Source: an uncultured Acidimicrobiia bacterium
GTDB taxonomy: Bacteria > Acidobacteriota > Terriglobia > Versatilivoradales > Versatilivoraceae
Direction: 5' to 3'
DNA length: 64,000 nucleotides
NCBI GenBank assembly: GCA_963786955.1
Contig: CAWBAT010000008.1
Span: 448,001 to 512,000 of the forward strand
Positions 9,517 through 19,621 of the stretch are shown here, in pieces; position 1 is the first letter of the stretch; each line of letters begins with the position of its first letter. The translations under genes and the position numbers were made by a program. A model generated the notes under the pieces. The model was not told the origin of the DNA, did no database searches, and saw only the letters and a program-made list of their open reading frames with translations.

Positions 9517-12150
9517 TCATCCCAATGACACGATGGACGCTTCCCCAACATTGCTGTACCGATCAGGAACACAGGTGAAGATAACGACCTGGCATTCCTT
9601 GGCAGCTTTGGCCAGAACGGCACCCATGAGACGCAACCTCTCAGGGTCCGTATAGCCCAACGCATCATCCAGAATGAGCGGGGTCCCGCCGTCCTTGGCC
9701 ACAATCATCGAGCAAGCGGATCGGAAAATCAGTGAGAGCTGTTCCTTTGTGCCACCACTCAACGAGTCAAATGGCACTGTGACTCCCTTGACCGTCCGGC
9801 TGGCGATTTGCAGTTCATCGCTGATGTCCACCTGGAAAGAGTCATCGAAAACCAGCCGCCCAAGTTGTTCGATCTTCTCCTTGAGCGGGGCCACATAAGC
9901 CCGCCGCGCCTTGTCGCGCTCTTCTCGCATGGTTTCAAAAAGGTATCTTGCCGAGGATGCCCGACGAAACAGAGACTTGTTGTCTGCCCCTAGACGCTCA
10001 AGAACGATTTGGGCCGCGTGCAGTTTCTCGTGAAGCCCTTCCTCCCCGTGGATTTTGAGCCGCGTCTGTACCTCCGTCAGTTCCGTTTGAGCTGCATTCC
10101 GGCGATTCTGCGTCGTTACCAGGGACCCCTTCGCCGTCTCGGCCAATGCCTTCACCCGCTCGGGGTTCTTTGCCTTCAGCGATGTCTCGGCGGTACGAAC
10201 GCTGACATCTTCGGAAGCCACGGCCTGGACCGCGTTCGCCAGAGCCATGTCCAAATCATCATCGGGAACGCTCTTTCTCGCCCGGTCGAGGTTATCGCGT
10301 GCCTGATTGAGATCTTTGGACAACAGGTCGAGTTGGACTCGCGATTCCTGATGCTTGATGTTCAAGCCATCCCGCACGCTTCGGGCTGTATCAAGAGACC
10401 CGCGAGCCGATTCCCACTGACCGACCGTTTCCTGTAGTAACGCCTCAGCACTTGCCCGCTCCTTTTTCGCCGAGTCCAGATCACGACAAATAGAGGGTTC
10501 GGCCACGCGCATGGCAAGATAGTCGGGCACTACTTGCTGAAGGCCAAGCAGTTTCTTGTCCAGTTCCTCGTAGGTCAAATCACGGAGATTATCCTTCTCC
10601 ACCTGCACTTTGGATTCCATATGCCGGGTTGCTTCGCGGCGCTCTTCATATGCCTTCCGTGCCTCATCAGGACTGGAAACGCCCGCTTTCGCGCAGGCAT
10701 TATCCAGAATTTGACGCGCCTCTTCGACCTTCCTGGACAGCCCCTCCGCGCTGGAACCGGCCGTGATCTCTACATCCAACGCACCGGGTATGGTCAACCG
10801 TGATCTGTCCGCAACCGAGATCGTTCGTACTTCCCCCTTGCCGAGTTTGACCTCGGCATCGTCAACGGACAGTTGGCAATCGGCCAGTCCGCGAAGGAGC
10901 ACGCTCGGCGCACCGGTCTGCAACTGCGCGTTGGCGGTCAGCAACCCACGTTCGGCGTCCTGGATTGACTTCAATGCGCGGGAGTCTACCTTATTTCGGG
11001 CCAGCAGCGCCTCTGCCTGGGCCGCATTCTGTCGGGCTTGGTCAATGCGTTCCTTGCGTTCCCGGAGTTGATCAAGATGCAGTTTATTGTTGTAGTAGTC
11101 GAAATCGGCTCGCCGGAGAATGGCAAGGGCATCTGCCGCTTTTTTCTCTTGGTCACTTTCATCGAAAGCCTTCTGCTCTGCCTTGAGTTCGGCCTCGGCC
11201 TGGTTCAACGCCGAGAGGGACATTACGCTGGATTCTCTAATATCGTCATGCGCCTTGGCGGCTTTGGCAACCGTATCAACGAGACCTTGGCGCGCGTCCT
11301 TGTCTCGGCGTGCGACCTGCTCGGATTTCTGCGCCGAGTCCAGCTTCAAACGAGCCGCCGAAAGGGCATTTTCCAGAGTGCCTATTTCCTCAAGTGAAGT
11401 TGCGTGGGCAGCCACCGCCTTCGTCAGTTCGTCTTCCTGCTTCTTCAGTTGACTCAGTTCCCGCTGAAGAGAGCCCGCGCGGTCGATGTCCTGGTCAAGG
11501 TCGCGGATTGTCTGCTCAATACGGGCAACTTCCGATTCGGCATCTGTCTGGGCCTTGCGGGATTCCGCGAGTTCCTTCCGTTCACCACCCCGCTCCGTAA
11601 AGTAATGGAGGTACTCCTCACGCACCTTTTGGAAAAGTCCTTCTTCCCGTGGATCGGCGGGACGCCCACCGGCAGCCTTATCGAGCGCGACCGAGAGCGA
11701 TGTCTGTTTCGTCAGGACAGGCTGGTGGATGGCGTCGCCCTGTTGAATAGTCAATGCCTTCCAGAGGTCAATGTCGAGGGTTTCTCGGAGGATGGCCTCG
11801 GCGCGTTCGTGCGCTTCGCGTCCCGTGTGGTTCTCGGGCTTGGGTTTGGTGATAGTGAGTTTGGTCTCCGGTTTCTTGAGGAACCGCTTGAGGTAAGTGA
11901 AGGAGTAAGGCCCGCTCTCTGCCTGCAACTCGATCTCCGGCCCTTCGTCGCGATGGACCGGCTTGATGGCTTCGATACTGCGGTGCTTGCTTGAATCTAA
12001 ATACTCAAAGAGAAGCCCTATGGCCTCGCCTAGGCTGGTTTTCCCGGCTTCATTCGGCCCCTGCACGAGAGTAATGCCAGCGGGTCCGAACTTCACTTCG
12101 GCAGCAGCAATGCCCCGGTAATTGGCGACTCGAAGACGGATGAATTTCAT
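9517..12150 (-). CDS. SbcC/Rad50-like coiled-coil ATPase (Rv1278/YhaN-like)
   Basis: NYRGI, GPNEAGKT Walker A, long coiled coil, LSGGTKEQ signature, LILDDALGYTD Walker B, FTC. Confidence 0.88.
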   Translation of the reverse strand: MKFIRLRVANYRGIAAAEVKFGPAGITLVQGPNEAGKTSLGEAIGLLFEYLDSSKHRSIEAIKPVHRDEGPEIELQAESGPYSFTYLKRFLKKPETKLTITKPKPENHTGREAHERAEAILRETLDIDLWKALTIQQGDAIHQPVLTKQTSLSVALDKAAGGRPADPREEGLFQKVREEYLHYFTERGGERKELAESRKAQTDAESEVARIEQTIRDLDQDIDRAGSLQRELSQLKKQEDELTKAVAAHATSLEEIGTLENALSAARLKLDSAQKSEQVARRDKDARQGLVDTVAKAAKAHDDIRESSVMSLSALNQAEAELKAEQKAFDESDQEKKAADALAILRRADFDYYNNKLHLDQLRERKERIDQARQNAAQAEALLARNKVDSRALKSIQDAERGLLTANAQLQTGAPSVLLRGLADCQLSVDDAEVKLGKGEVRTISVADRSRLTIPGALDVEITAGSSAEGLSRKVEEARQILDNACAKAGVSSPDEARKAYEERREATRHMESKVQVEKDNLRDLTYEELDKKLLGLQQVVPDYLAMRVAEPSICRDLDSAKKERASAEALLQETVGQWESARGSLDTARSVRDGLNIKHQESRVQLDLLSKDLNQARDNLDRARKSVPDDDLDMALANAVQAVASEDVSVRTAETSLKAKNPERVKALAETAKGSLVTTQNRRNAAQTELTEVQTRLKIHGEEGLHEKLHAAQIVLERLGADNKSLFRRASSARYLFETMREERDKARRAYVAPLKEKIEQLGRLVFDDSFQVDISDELQIASRTVKGVTVPFDSLSGGTKEQLSLIFRSACSMIVAKDGGTPLILDDALGYTDPERLRLMGAVLAKAAKECQVVIFTCVPDRYSNVGEASIVSLG

Positions 12151-13287
12151 GCCGCCCCCCTTGCCAGCCGAAGCATAAGCATCAAAGCTTCGCGGGCCAC
12201 CGTGCTTTCATCTCCACCTTCCGAGATCTTGCTTCGAAGCCGCTGCACGGTTCGGTCGGCAAAGCCCGAGAATCCAAGGTTGGCAAAATCCGTATCGTCC
12301 GGTAGCACGAGCAGCTCGTCTTCCCGAACATCGAAGGCCCCCAACACATCCTTCGCGACAACAAGATAGGTCTGAAGTACGCCCTGCAAAGACAGGGATA
12401 GGGAACCGACGAGATTCAGCCGAACAACGGTGCGCTCTTTGTTCTCAATATCCTCCAACGACTTCCGTAATGACTCCACGTCTTCAGCGGTGTTCAAATC
12501 AACGCGACTCGCGCTCGATAAATCGCCACTGGCCGACTTGGACGGCCTTGGTGGTTACTCGACCCTCGTCGACCTCAACGACTTGAGCATAGCCAGACTG
12601 TGTCTCGGAGAAGTCCGTAGCCTCAGGCGTCCCTGAGTACCAGATACGGTCGCCGGTGCCCACCTTGGTCAGGGAGTGACGGTCACCTAGCGCCACGAAG
12701 TGAATCTTTCCTTCGTCAATGGCGCATTCGAGCGATGGCAACAGCAATAACTCCAGGCGGCTTCCCGATCCGGCGTAAGCGTATCGACCGCGCCATGCCC
12801 CATACAAATGCGAACTATCCCGCTCGCAGGGGTGAGATCGTTGAGCGCATCGTCAATGGGGTTGGTGACAGGCCGCTTGGACATCCAGGGAGCGCCCACA
12901 AGCTCCACGCCCTCGTTCACCTTGATCGGGATGGCGTTTTCAACGACCTGAACATGCGCGGGTTTTCGTTCGATGAAGGTGCTCGAACGGTAAACAGAAG
13001 CCACATTCAAGTGGGTCGTGGTTCCCCGGAAGGATAAAGACCGGAACAGGTACTTCCTTAAGGGCCTCGAGTGCCCGTGCAACTGTCTTCCGATCCACTT
13101 GGTTAGACTCGAAGGCGTCGCCGCACACCAGCATGAACTGGCAAGCTTCCTCTTTTGCGATTCGCCCCATGGTTCGAATGGCATCAAACCGTGCTTGGGT
13201 GAACCTCTCCTGAGCTCCTTCCGAGAGGAAGTGGCGAGTCATGCCCAACTGCCAGTCGCTCGTATGCAGGAAACGGATCACTGACAC
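12147..13287 (-). pseudogene. SbcD/Mre11-like metallophosphoesterase nuclease (Rv1277-like), interrupted by about 4 single-base insertions
   Basis: FLHTSDWQLG, GDAFE, PGNHDP, HGAVD, ALGDRHS, YSGTPE spread over shifting frames, with breaks near 13010, 12765, 12735 and 12508. Confidence 0.85.
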
Positions 13288-13452
13288 TCCTTTTCAATCA
13301 AAGCGAATTAGCTTTTGGCCATGCTCCGGACATCCCATTCAATCGATCACCATCCCAGTCTTGTTAATAGATCTCCCTATTACCCAGCAGCCTAAATGTG
13401 CTGACAGGAGGGGCGTATTCATTCCACCAACATAGTCGGTACTGTTGGCATC

Positions 13453-14067
13453 TTACTCTTCTGGCAATTCGTGGAGCTGTGGGAATTCTTCTAATTTTGG
13501 CAAGGTTGGCAACTTCGGCCAATCTGAAAGTTTAGGCTGATCTGGAATGTTGAATGAATCACTCTTACCACGGATCTGAAGTCCAGTACCATAGGGATTC
13601 CAAGGGCTATCGTTCTTGTACGGACTCCCAGCCCCGAACTGGTTCATGATGCTCTCGCTCGAAAAAGGTGATCCATATTTTCCATACGGATTCGAGATGC
13701 TGTCGGCATCATAAGGATTAGAACTAAGTTTCCCGCGATATTTTCCCTGGCTGTCATAAAGCTTGGGCGTGTCGGTTGCATATGGGTTGGTTGTAGATTT
13801 GCTCGAAAAGGGCGATCCATATGTACTAAATTCATTTTTTATCGAGTTTGCTGAATAAGGATTGCCGTGGGGTCCATAATGATTCCCCGTCGAGTTTGGT
13901 CCGTACGGATTTACACTGAAGTCTCCAAGGTATATCGATCTGGGAGCCTTTTTATTTAGTTCCATCAGGTTCTTGAAAGCCTTCTCATAATATTCGTCCG
14001 ATTTCCCCTGCCCAAAAAACATTCCGCAAAAGAACAGCGACAATGTAATTGTCAATAGGCACTTCAT
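13453..14067 (-). CDS. Secreted hypothetical protein with NPYG-x-YGSPFS repeats
   Basis: Signal peptide; GGAGG RBS; repeated N-x-Y/FG-x-YGSP-F/Y-S units; low-complexity PKLP tail. Confidence 0.7.
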   Translation of the reverse strand: MKCLLTITLSLFFCGMFFGQGKSDEYYEKAFKNLMELNKKAPRSIYLGDFSVNPYGPNSTGNHYGPHGNPYSANSIKNEFSTYGSPFSSKSTTNPYATDTPKLYDSQGKYRGKLSSNPYDADSISNPYGKYGSPFSSESIMNQFGAGSPYKNDSPWNPYGTGLQIRGKSDSFNIPDQPKLSDWPKLPTLPKLEEFPQLHELPEE

Positions 14068-14927
14068 TGTTCACCTCCGGTATTCAAGAATGGACAACTT
14101 CACCCCCCTCTGTTTTTCACCTTCGCTTTTTGGACCCTCTCCAATTGTATGTTGTTTAAAGCTTATGCGCCGCCTCTTTTCAGGAGAGTGGCATGATCAC
14201 CGACGAAGCCCGCCGGCGTCTTCCGTTGCGTCCGATCTACTTTCTAGCGCCCGAATCATAAGACCAAAAGGGTCCAATAAGACCACGCACAGGAACCGTG
14301 CAAGCGGCGTTTTCGACCCAGCCTGTACAAGGGACCGATGCATCAAGGCCCTCTAAAATAGCCTGTCTACACTACTTTTTGCCTTTCCCAAGCACCCGCC
14401 TGCCTGGCCGCTTGATGCTGTAGAGATTGAGAATACAACCCTTGCCGGAAGAAAGCACTTCTGTTGCTGCTCCGCCGACTAATCTTGCAGCCGTTGGAAA
14501 AAAGCCAATGACCTCAGGTAGACGCTTGCCCTTCTTTCCGAGTGGGAGAAGAAGAACGCTCCAAGCTTCGATCACCACGACATTAGGCAGGCCCTCGCCG
14601 TATGGTTGGCGTTGATGTTGGTGTTTTTATCGTTCGCCGCAATTCCCATTGAGGGGCCGCGATTTCAAATCAACTTTTTGTGGTTAATTAACGATAACCA
14701 TTTGAATATGGCGGATCAAATAAGTGTCACGAGATTGCAAGCATACATCAGGAAAGGTCCAAGACCGCGTTCATTGTTCGACTTAGCAGAAACCCTAATT
14801 TACTCGGAGAATCACACAACTCTAATGTCGCCCTTGAATCATTATCAACAACTGTCTTGGTAAATTGGACGCTACGCAAGTAAGATTAAGGCATTAAACA
14901 TAGGGATGAGAGGTGCAAAGGAGCCTG

Positions 14928-15707
14928 ATGAAAGATTATAACGGAATCTTTCGAGGCATTGAAGCCACAGTAATCAAGATGGCGTCGAATCATTTGTCAC
15001 AAGCGCAAATTGAAGAGAAACTGCAAGCGTTCAAGGATGTGGAATCACAGAAATTCTCAGATGCAGATTACTATAGAAAACTCGTTGCTGTTATTTTCTA
15101 TTCTGGGTATAGAGCCTCTACAGTCAAGAAGATGCTTCCTGCAATTTGTCGGTGTTTCCATGACCATATTACTGTGGCCGACTACAAAGAAAAAGATATT
15201 GAAGCAATTCTTCTGAATTCAGAAATCATACGAAACAGGAGAAAAGTTGAAGCTTGCGTCAAAAACGCTCATACCTTTAAGAGCATTGTCAGCAAGTTCG
15301 GGTCATTCTCAGCGTACAGTTTCAGGCCAAAGGAATCATTCGAGAATCTCTTGGTCTTAAAAGAGGACATTCAAGGAAAATTAGAAGGGTTTGGCAAAGT
15401 AACGACTTTTCATTTTCTCACTGAGATTGGTTTGCCGGTGATTAAACCGGATCGAGTAGTGTGCCGTATTTTTAAGAGATTGGGCCTAATTGAAAGCCAG
15501 GAAGAATTACTAGAGGCCGTCAAACAAGGGCGGCAGATTTCTGTAATAACGGGCGAGGCAATCCGATATGTCGACTACATCTTCGTGGTCTACGGCCAGG
15601 TAGAATCAGCCACTCTGGGATTCAAAGGAATATGTCTGGAGAAAAATCCACATTGTGAAATCTGTGGCGTGACACAGTATTGCGATTACTTTAGAAATCG
15701 TTCTTAA
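14928..15707 (+). CDS. DNA glycosylase-like protein (3-methyladenine glycosylase I-like/HhH) with a C-terminal 4-Cys Fe-S motif
   Basis: IIRNRRKVEACVKNA, GFGKVTTFHFL, KPDRVVCR, CLEKNPHCEICGVTQYC; AAGGAG RBS. Confidence 0.7.
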   Translation: MKDYNGIFRGIEATVIKMASNHLSQAQIEEKLQAFKDVESQKFSDADYYRKLVAVIFYSGYRASTVKKMLPAICRCFHDHITVADYKEKDIEAILLNSEIIRNRRKVEACVKNAHTFKSIVSKFGSFSAYSFRPKESFENLLVLKEDIQGKLEGFGKVTTFHFLTEIGLPVIKPDRVVCRIFKRLGLIESQEELLEAVKQGRQISVITGEAIRYVDYIFVVYGQVESATLGFKGICLEKNPHCEICGVTQYCDYFRNRS

Positions 15708-15841
15708 AAGTGAAATTCACCGATTAGATTGGTTACCACCCAGTAATTCGTTCGGAAACTCGCCAAATACTGCAATACTCGTTAGGTTCTACGGCTTGTC
15801 GTCCGCTGTTTCATTGAAGTGAGGCAGATCTTTTCAAAGTT

Positions 15842-17536
15842 ATGCAAATCGATAAGCCGACTATTCAATATTACAGCTCGAATGCAGACGACCTGGCATC
15901 AGTCTATGAGCAGGCCATGGGAGGTGTAGTCGATCTTTTTCAACTTGCTTACCCTGCCGGCTCACGCGTACTTGATATCGGCTGCGGAAGTGGTAGAAAC
16001 ATGGCCGAGCTCCTCAGGCATGGGTACGACGCATACGGTGTGGAACCATGTGAAGCCTTCAGGAGCATTGCAATCAGGAAACATCCCGAACTTCAAGGCA
16101 GACTTGCTGAAGCATCTCTCCCCGAACTCGTTAATCCGTTTGATGGGGAGTTCGACGGCATCCTGTGTTCCGCAGTTTTGATGCACGTCTCCAAAGAATC
16201 GCTCTTCGATTGCGCATATTCCTTCAAGAGGGTCCTAAAACAGGGAGGGCGATTACTGCTCTCTGTTCCGAAAGAAAGACCCGATATAAATAGTTCAGGT
16301 CGCGATCCCCATGGAAGACTATTTGAGGAACTCCCCGCCAATTATCTCCAGTTACTATTCGAACGCCTTGGTTTCAGGGAGATCGGAAGATGGGATACTG
16401 CTGACAGTATTGGTCGCCAAGGATACAGCTGGTTAACGCTGCTCTATACCTTGGAGAGCTTGACGGCCAACCGCCACATCGATCAGATTGAAGGTATCAT
16501 CACAAAGGACAGGAAGACTGCCACATATAAGCTGGCCCTCTTCAGGGCATTGAGCGAGATCGCAGTCAATGAGTCCCGCGCTGCAGTCTGGTTACGCGGT
16601 GATGAAGTGGGGATCCCATTGAATAGTATAACGGAGAAATGGATTCAGTACTACTGGCCTCTATTTGCATCGCCCCGCTTCATCCCGCAGATCAGGGGTG
16701 AGAGCCAGGTAAGCAACAAACCTATTAAGTTCCGGAGAAATCTCTCAAAGTTGGTTGAACATTATTCTGACAGCGGTGGTCTTACCAAGTTCGTCCTTGA
16801 CTATCGGAAAAGTTCACTGTCACACATTGCTGAGAAATTGTTGCAGAAGACCGCCCACAGTATCTCTCAGGCAATCATCGAGGGTCCAGTCCAACATGCC
16901 GGAGGAGCATTGCAAATTGGGCGAGTATTTCGTTATGACGCATCAAGGAAGATCGTATTGATGGATTCCGGTATATGGAAAGAACTCTCATTAATGGCTC
17001 ACTGGATACTGGGAGCACTGAAACTGAGATGGGCAGAAATTACTGCAGATATGTCCAAAGGAGAAGTTCCAGCTGGAGAAGTTCTCGACTTGTTATTGAC
17101 GGATCCAATACCTGAGCGAGAGGTGGGCGACGCAAGAAATGTTTTCAACAGCATTGTGGGTAAGGAGTGTGTTTGGAGCGGTGATCCTATCAAAAGCAAA
17201 TTTGAAGTGGACCACGTCATCCCATTCAGCCTTTGGGGAAACAATGACCTTTGGAATCTACTTCCTGTTTTACCGGCCGTTAATCGGGACAAGAAAGACG
17301 GACTGCCATCCAGATCACTACTTTTTCGACGCCGGGATCTGATCATCTACTATTGGAGAGAACTGCGCAAAGCTCACAAGGCAAGATTCGATAAGGAAGC
17401 AAGGCCTCAAGTGGAGCCCAGAGCCAGAACCAAATTTGACATGAGCACAAACTGGGAGGTCCCTCTCTTCCTGAGTATGTCACAATCGATCCAAATGACT
17501 TCCACGCAATTCGGTATGAAACCCTGGGAACCTTGA
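15842..17536 (+). CDS. Class I SAM-dependent methyltransferase fused to an HNH endonuclease domain
   Basis: VLDIGCGSGR and FDGILCSAVLMH; KTATYKLAL helical domain; CVWSG...DHVIPF...NLLP...N HNH motif. Confidence 0.82.
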   Translation: MQIDKPTIQYYSSNADDLASVYEQAMGGVVDLFQLAYPAGSRVLDIGCGSGRNMAELLRHGYDAYGVEPCEAFRSIAIRKHPELQGRLAEASLPELVNPFDGEFDGILCSAVLMHVSKESLFDCAYSFKRVLKQGGRLLLSVPKERPDINSSGRDPHGRLFEELPANYLQLLFERLGFREIGRWDTADSIGRQGYSWLTLLYTLESLTANRHIDQIEGIITKDRKTATYKLALFRALSEIAVNESRAAVWLRGDEVGIPLNSITEKWIQYYWPLFASPRFIPQIRGESQVSNKPIKFRRNLSKLVEHYSDSGGLTKFVLDYRKSSLSHIAEKLLQKTAHSISQAIIEGPVQHAGGALQIGRVFRYDASRKIVLMDSGIWKELSLMAHWILGALKLRWAEITADMSKGEVPAGEVLDLLLTDPIPEREVGDARNVFNSIVGKECVWSGDPIKSKFEVDHVIPFSLWGNNDLWNLLPVLPAVNRDKKDGLPSRSLLFRRRDLIIYYWRELRKAHKARFDKEARPQVEPRARTKFDMSTNWEVPLFLSMSQSIQMTSTQFGMKPWEP

Positions 17537-17631
17537 TGACTGTTCAGATGATACCAATCAAGTGCTGATCTCAAAGTTGGCCTCCTTTTTCAGGTTTATC
17601 ATTTTCAACTTAGGATCTCTTCTGAATTTGA

Positions 17632-18162
17632 TCAAGGCAACTCCAATAAATTGACACTATCAAAACCGATACGTTCCCGAGCCAGGCCGACTTGTTCGCC
17701 GTCGGCGATTAGCATTCCTTCGTAAGTCATTTCAGGAATCAAGGCCGGGAGTACACTTTTGATCGAAAACGACCCCTTAAAATTTGGGTGGTAAGCATTG
17801 TCTCTAATAAATGGTGGTAGATCCCAAAAGCGGGCCTGGATGTTTTCGATTTGAGACCTGAACTTATGCAGCAAAGCGGGGGACCACCACCCCTGTGTCC
17901 CCTTCTTAACTAAGGAGGGGAGCGAAGAACTTGACGACCTCCCCCTGGCCCCTTCATTGTGCAAGGAGCGGGATAACATAAAAGCACCACCCCTGGTCGT
18001 GGCATGATTGCCACGACCTTTCCCCTCCTTAAAAAAGGATGGGAGCAAAAGCCTTTTTCCAAATTGTTTAAACGCCCCGACTCGAAGCTTCTGCTATAGA
18101 CAATAATATTCCCTTTTTCTTTCAATAACTTAATCAAATCATCCAAGAATTCTTGGCGAGGG
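17632..18162 (-). pseudogene. DUF2779-like nuclease fragment interrupted by a palindromic element
   Basis: PRQEFLDDL...IIVYSRSFESGRL [insert] ...RFWDL...YHPNFKGSFSIKSVLPALIPEMTYEGMLIADG. Confidence 0.7.
17868..18050. repeat. Palindromic repeat element (ACCACCCC...CCCTYCTT-N-AAGGAGGGG family), about 3 degenerate units
   Basis: cccttcttaactaaggagggg, ccccttcattgtgcaaggagcggg, cccctccttaaaaaaggatggg; the same core as the hairpin split at 640-790. Confidence 0.6.
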
Positions 18163-18163
18163 A

Positions 18164-18216
18164 TGTCCAATATCTTTACATGTCCATGAATCGTGGACAA
18201 TTAGATATTATGGACA
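18164..18216. promoter_or_regulatory. Nested inverted repeats, probable AbiEi autoregulatory operator
   Basis: TGTCCAATATCT...TGTCCA-N7-TGGACA...AGATATTATGGACA overlapping the start codon. Confidence 0.6.
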
Positions 18217-19235
18217 CGAATCTACCAGAACCCAAGAACGAACTCCTTAAAGCCGCTTTTGCGGCGGGTGAGCGGGTTGGCCTGCACTGGACTTTGGCCG
18301 AGCTAGAACCTCGGCAAGAGGGGGGGCAGCCTGATGCCATCATCAAGCTGCGTTTTGGCGCTCAGGATCTGATGTATGAAGCCGAAATCAAACGCGCCCT
18401 GCGCCCGGCTACTCTCGGCGTGATGTTGCACCAACTGGCCGCGCATGGCAAGCGTGTGCTGTTGGTGGCTGATCATGTAACTCCTCCAATGGCAGATGAA
18501 TTACGCGCGCGCGACGTCCAGTTCATCGATGCTGCTGGAAATGCCTATCTGAACCATCCACCGCTACTGGTGTGGGTAAAAGGGCAATGGCCAGTGGGAC
18601 TTACAGTGGCTCGCGAGGGGGTAATGGGCAGGGCATTCCAAGCTAGCGGGCTGCAAGTGTTATTTGCTTTGCTATGCAACCCTGAACTAGCCGATCGGCC
18701 TTACCGTGAGATAGCCCATTTGACGGGTGTGGCGCACGGTACGGTCGGTTGGGTGATGCCTGAGCTGCCGCGCTTGGGCTACATTGCAAAGGTAAAAGGG
18801 AAGCGAAGGCTACTGAATCCCGAGAGACTCTTGCAGCAATGGGTAGAGGCTTACGTGCGCACATTGCGCCCAAAATTGGTTATAGGTCGCTACATTGCCG
18901 AAACGCTGGACTGGACTATAGGGTTCGATGGCGGCAAGTATGACCTACTGTTGGGCGGCGAACCCGCCGCACGGCTGTTAACGGACCATTTACGCCCAGC
19001 CACAGTGACTTTATACGGTGCTAAAGCCGATCCACGGCTGCTCTTGGACAAGCGACTGCGCCCGGAGAGAAATGGCAACGTGGAAATCCTGCGGCGATTC
19101 TGGCACTTCGATGGTGAGCGACCAGGGTTGGTACCGACTGTGCTGGTATACGCAGACCTTCTTGCTATCGGCGATGCCAGGTGCAGCGAAACGGCGAAAT
19201 TAATCTATGAGCACATCATTAAACGATTTGTCTAA
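18210..19235 (+). CDS. Type IV TA antitoxin, AbiEi-like
   Basis: QFIDAAGNAYL, AFQASGLQVLFALL, PYREIAHLTGVAHGTV, GGEPAA, LVYADLL; overlaps a nucleotidyltransferase start. Confidence 0.8.
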   Translation: MDTNLPEPKNELLKAAFAAGERVGLHWTLAELEPRQEGGQPDAIIKLRFGAQDLMYEAEIKRALRPATLGVMLHQLAAHGKRVLLVADHVTPPMADELRARDVQFIDAAGNAYLNHPPLLVWVKGQWPVGLTVAREGVMGRAFQASGLQVLFALLCNPELADRPYREIAHLTGVAHGTVGWVMPELPRLGYIAKVKGKRRLLNPERLLQQWVEAYVRTLRPKLVIGRYIAETLDWTIGFDGGKYDLLLGGEPAARLLTDHLRPATVTLYGAKADPRLLLDKRLRPERNGNVEILRRFWHFDGERPGLVPTVLVYADLLAIGDARCSETAKLIYEHIIKRFV

Positions 19236-19422
19236 ATGTGGTGATCTTGACCAATTGGCCGAAGTAATCGCAGTCCTTCGGCGTTATGCACCAAATTATA
19301 AACCATTGCTAGTAGGCGCGATGGCGCGCGACGTGTTGCTGTCTTACGCACATGAGATACCAATCGCATGTGCCACGATGGACATCGATCTCGCTTTTGC
19401 CGAACAGTTTCGAGTGTTTTGA
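19207..19422 (+). pseudogene. Truncated AbiEii-like nucleotidyltransferase toxin
   Basis: LLVGAMARD...ATMDIDLA motif, then stops after 71 aa. Confidence 0.75.
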
Positions 19423-19621
19423 TGACCTATGATAGCCAGAGGTGGCAGGCTTCACAATGTTTCTAAATCGTTACAGATCAACAAATACGAGGTTTTTCGG
19501 GTAGACAAGGTCAAATTGGAGTGGATGAAGTCTTGGCAAAGGACAGTATATCCTTCTTTGACTCTTGATCAGGGAGTTTTCATACAGTCTCGCGCCGTGT
19601 TAGACGCCTCGTCGATCATTC

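Noticed and set aside
14090-14870. Short ORFs or decayed coding sequence
   Set aside because: Stops occur in all plausible frames and I could not recognise a family.
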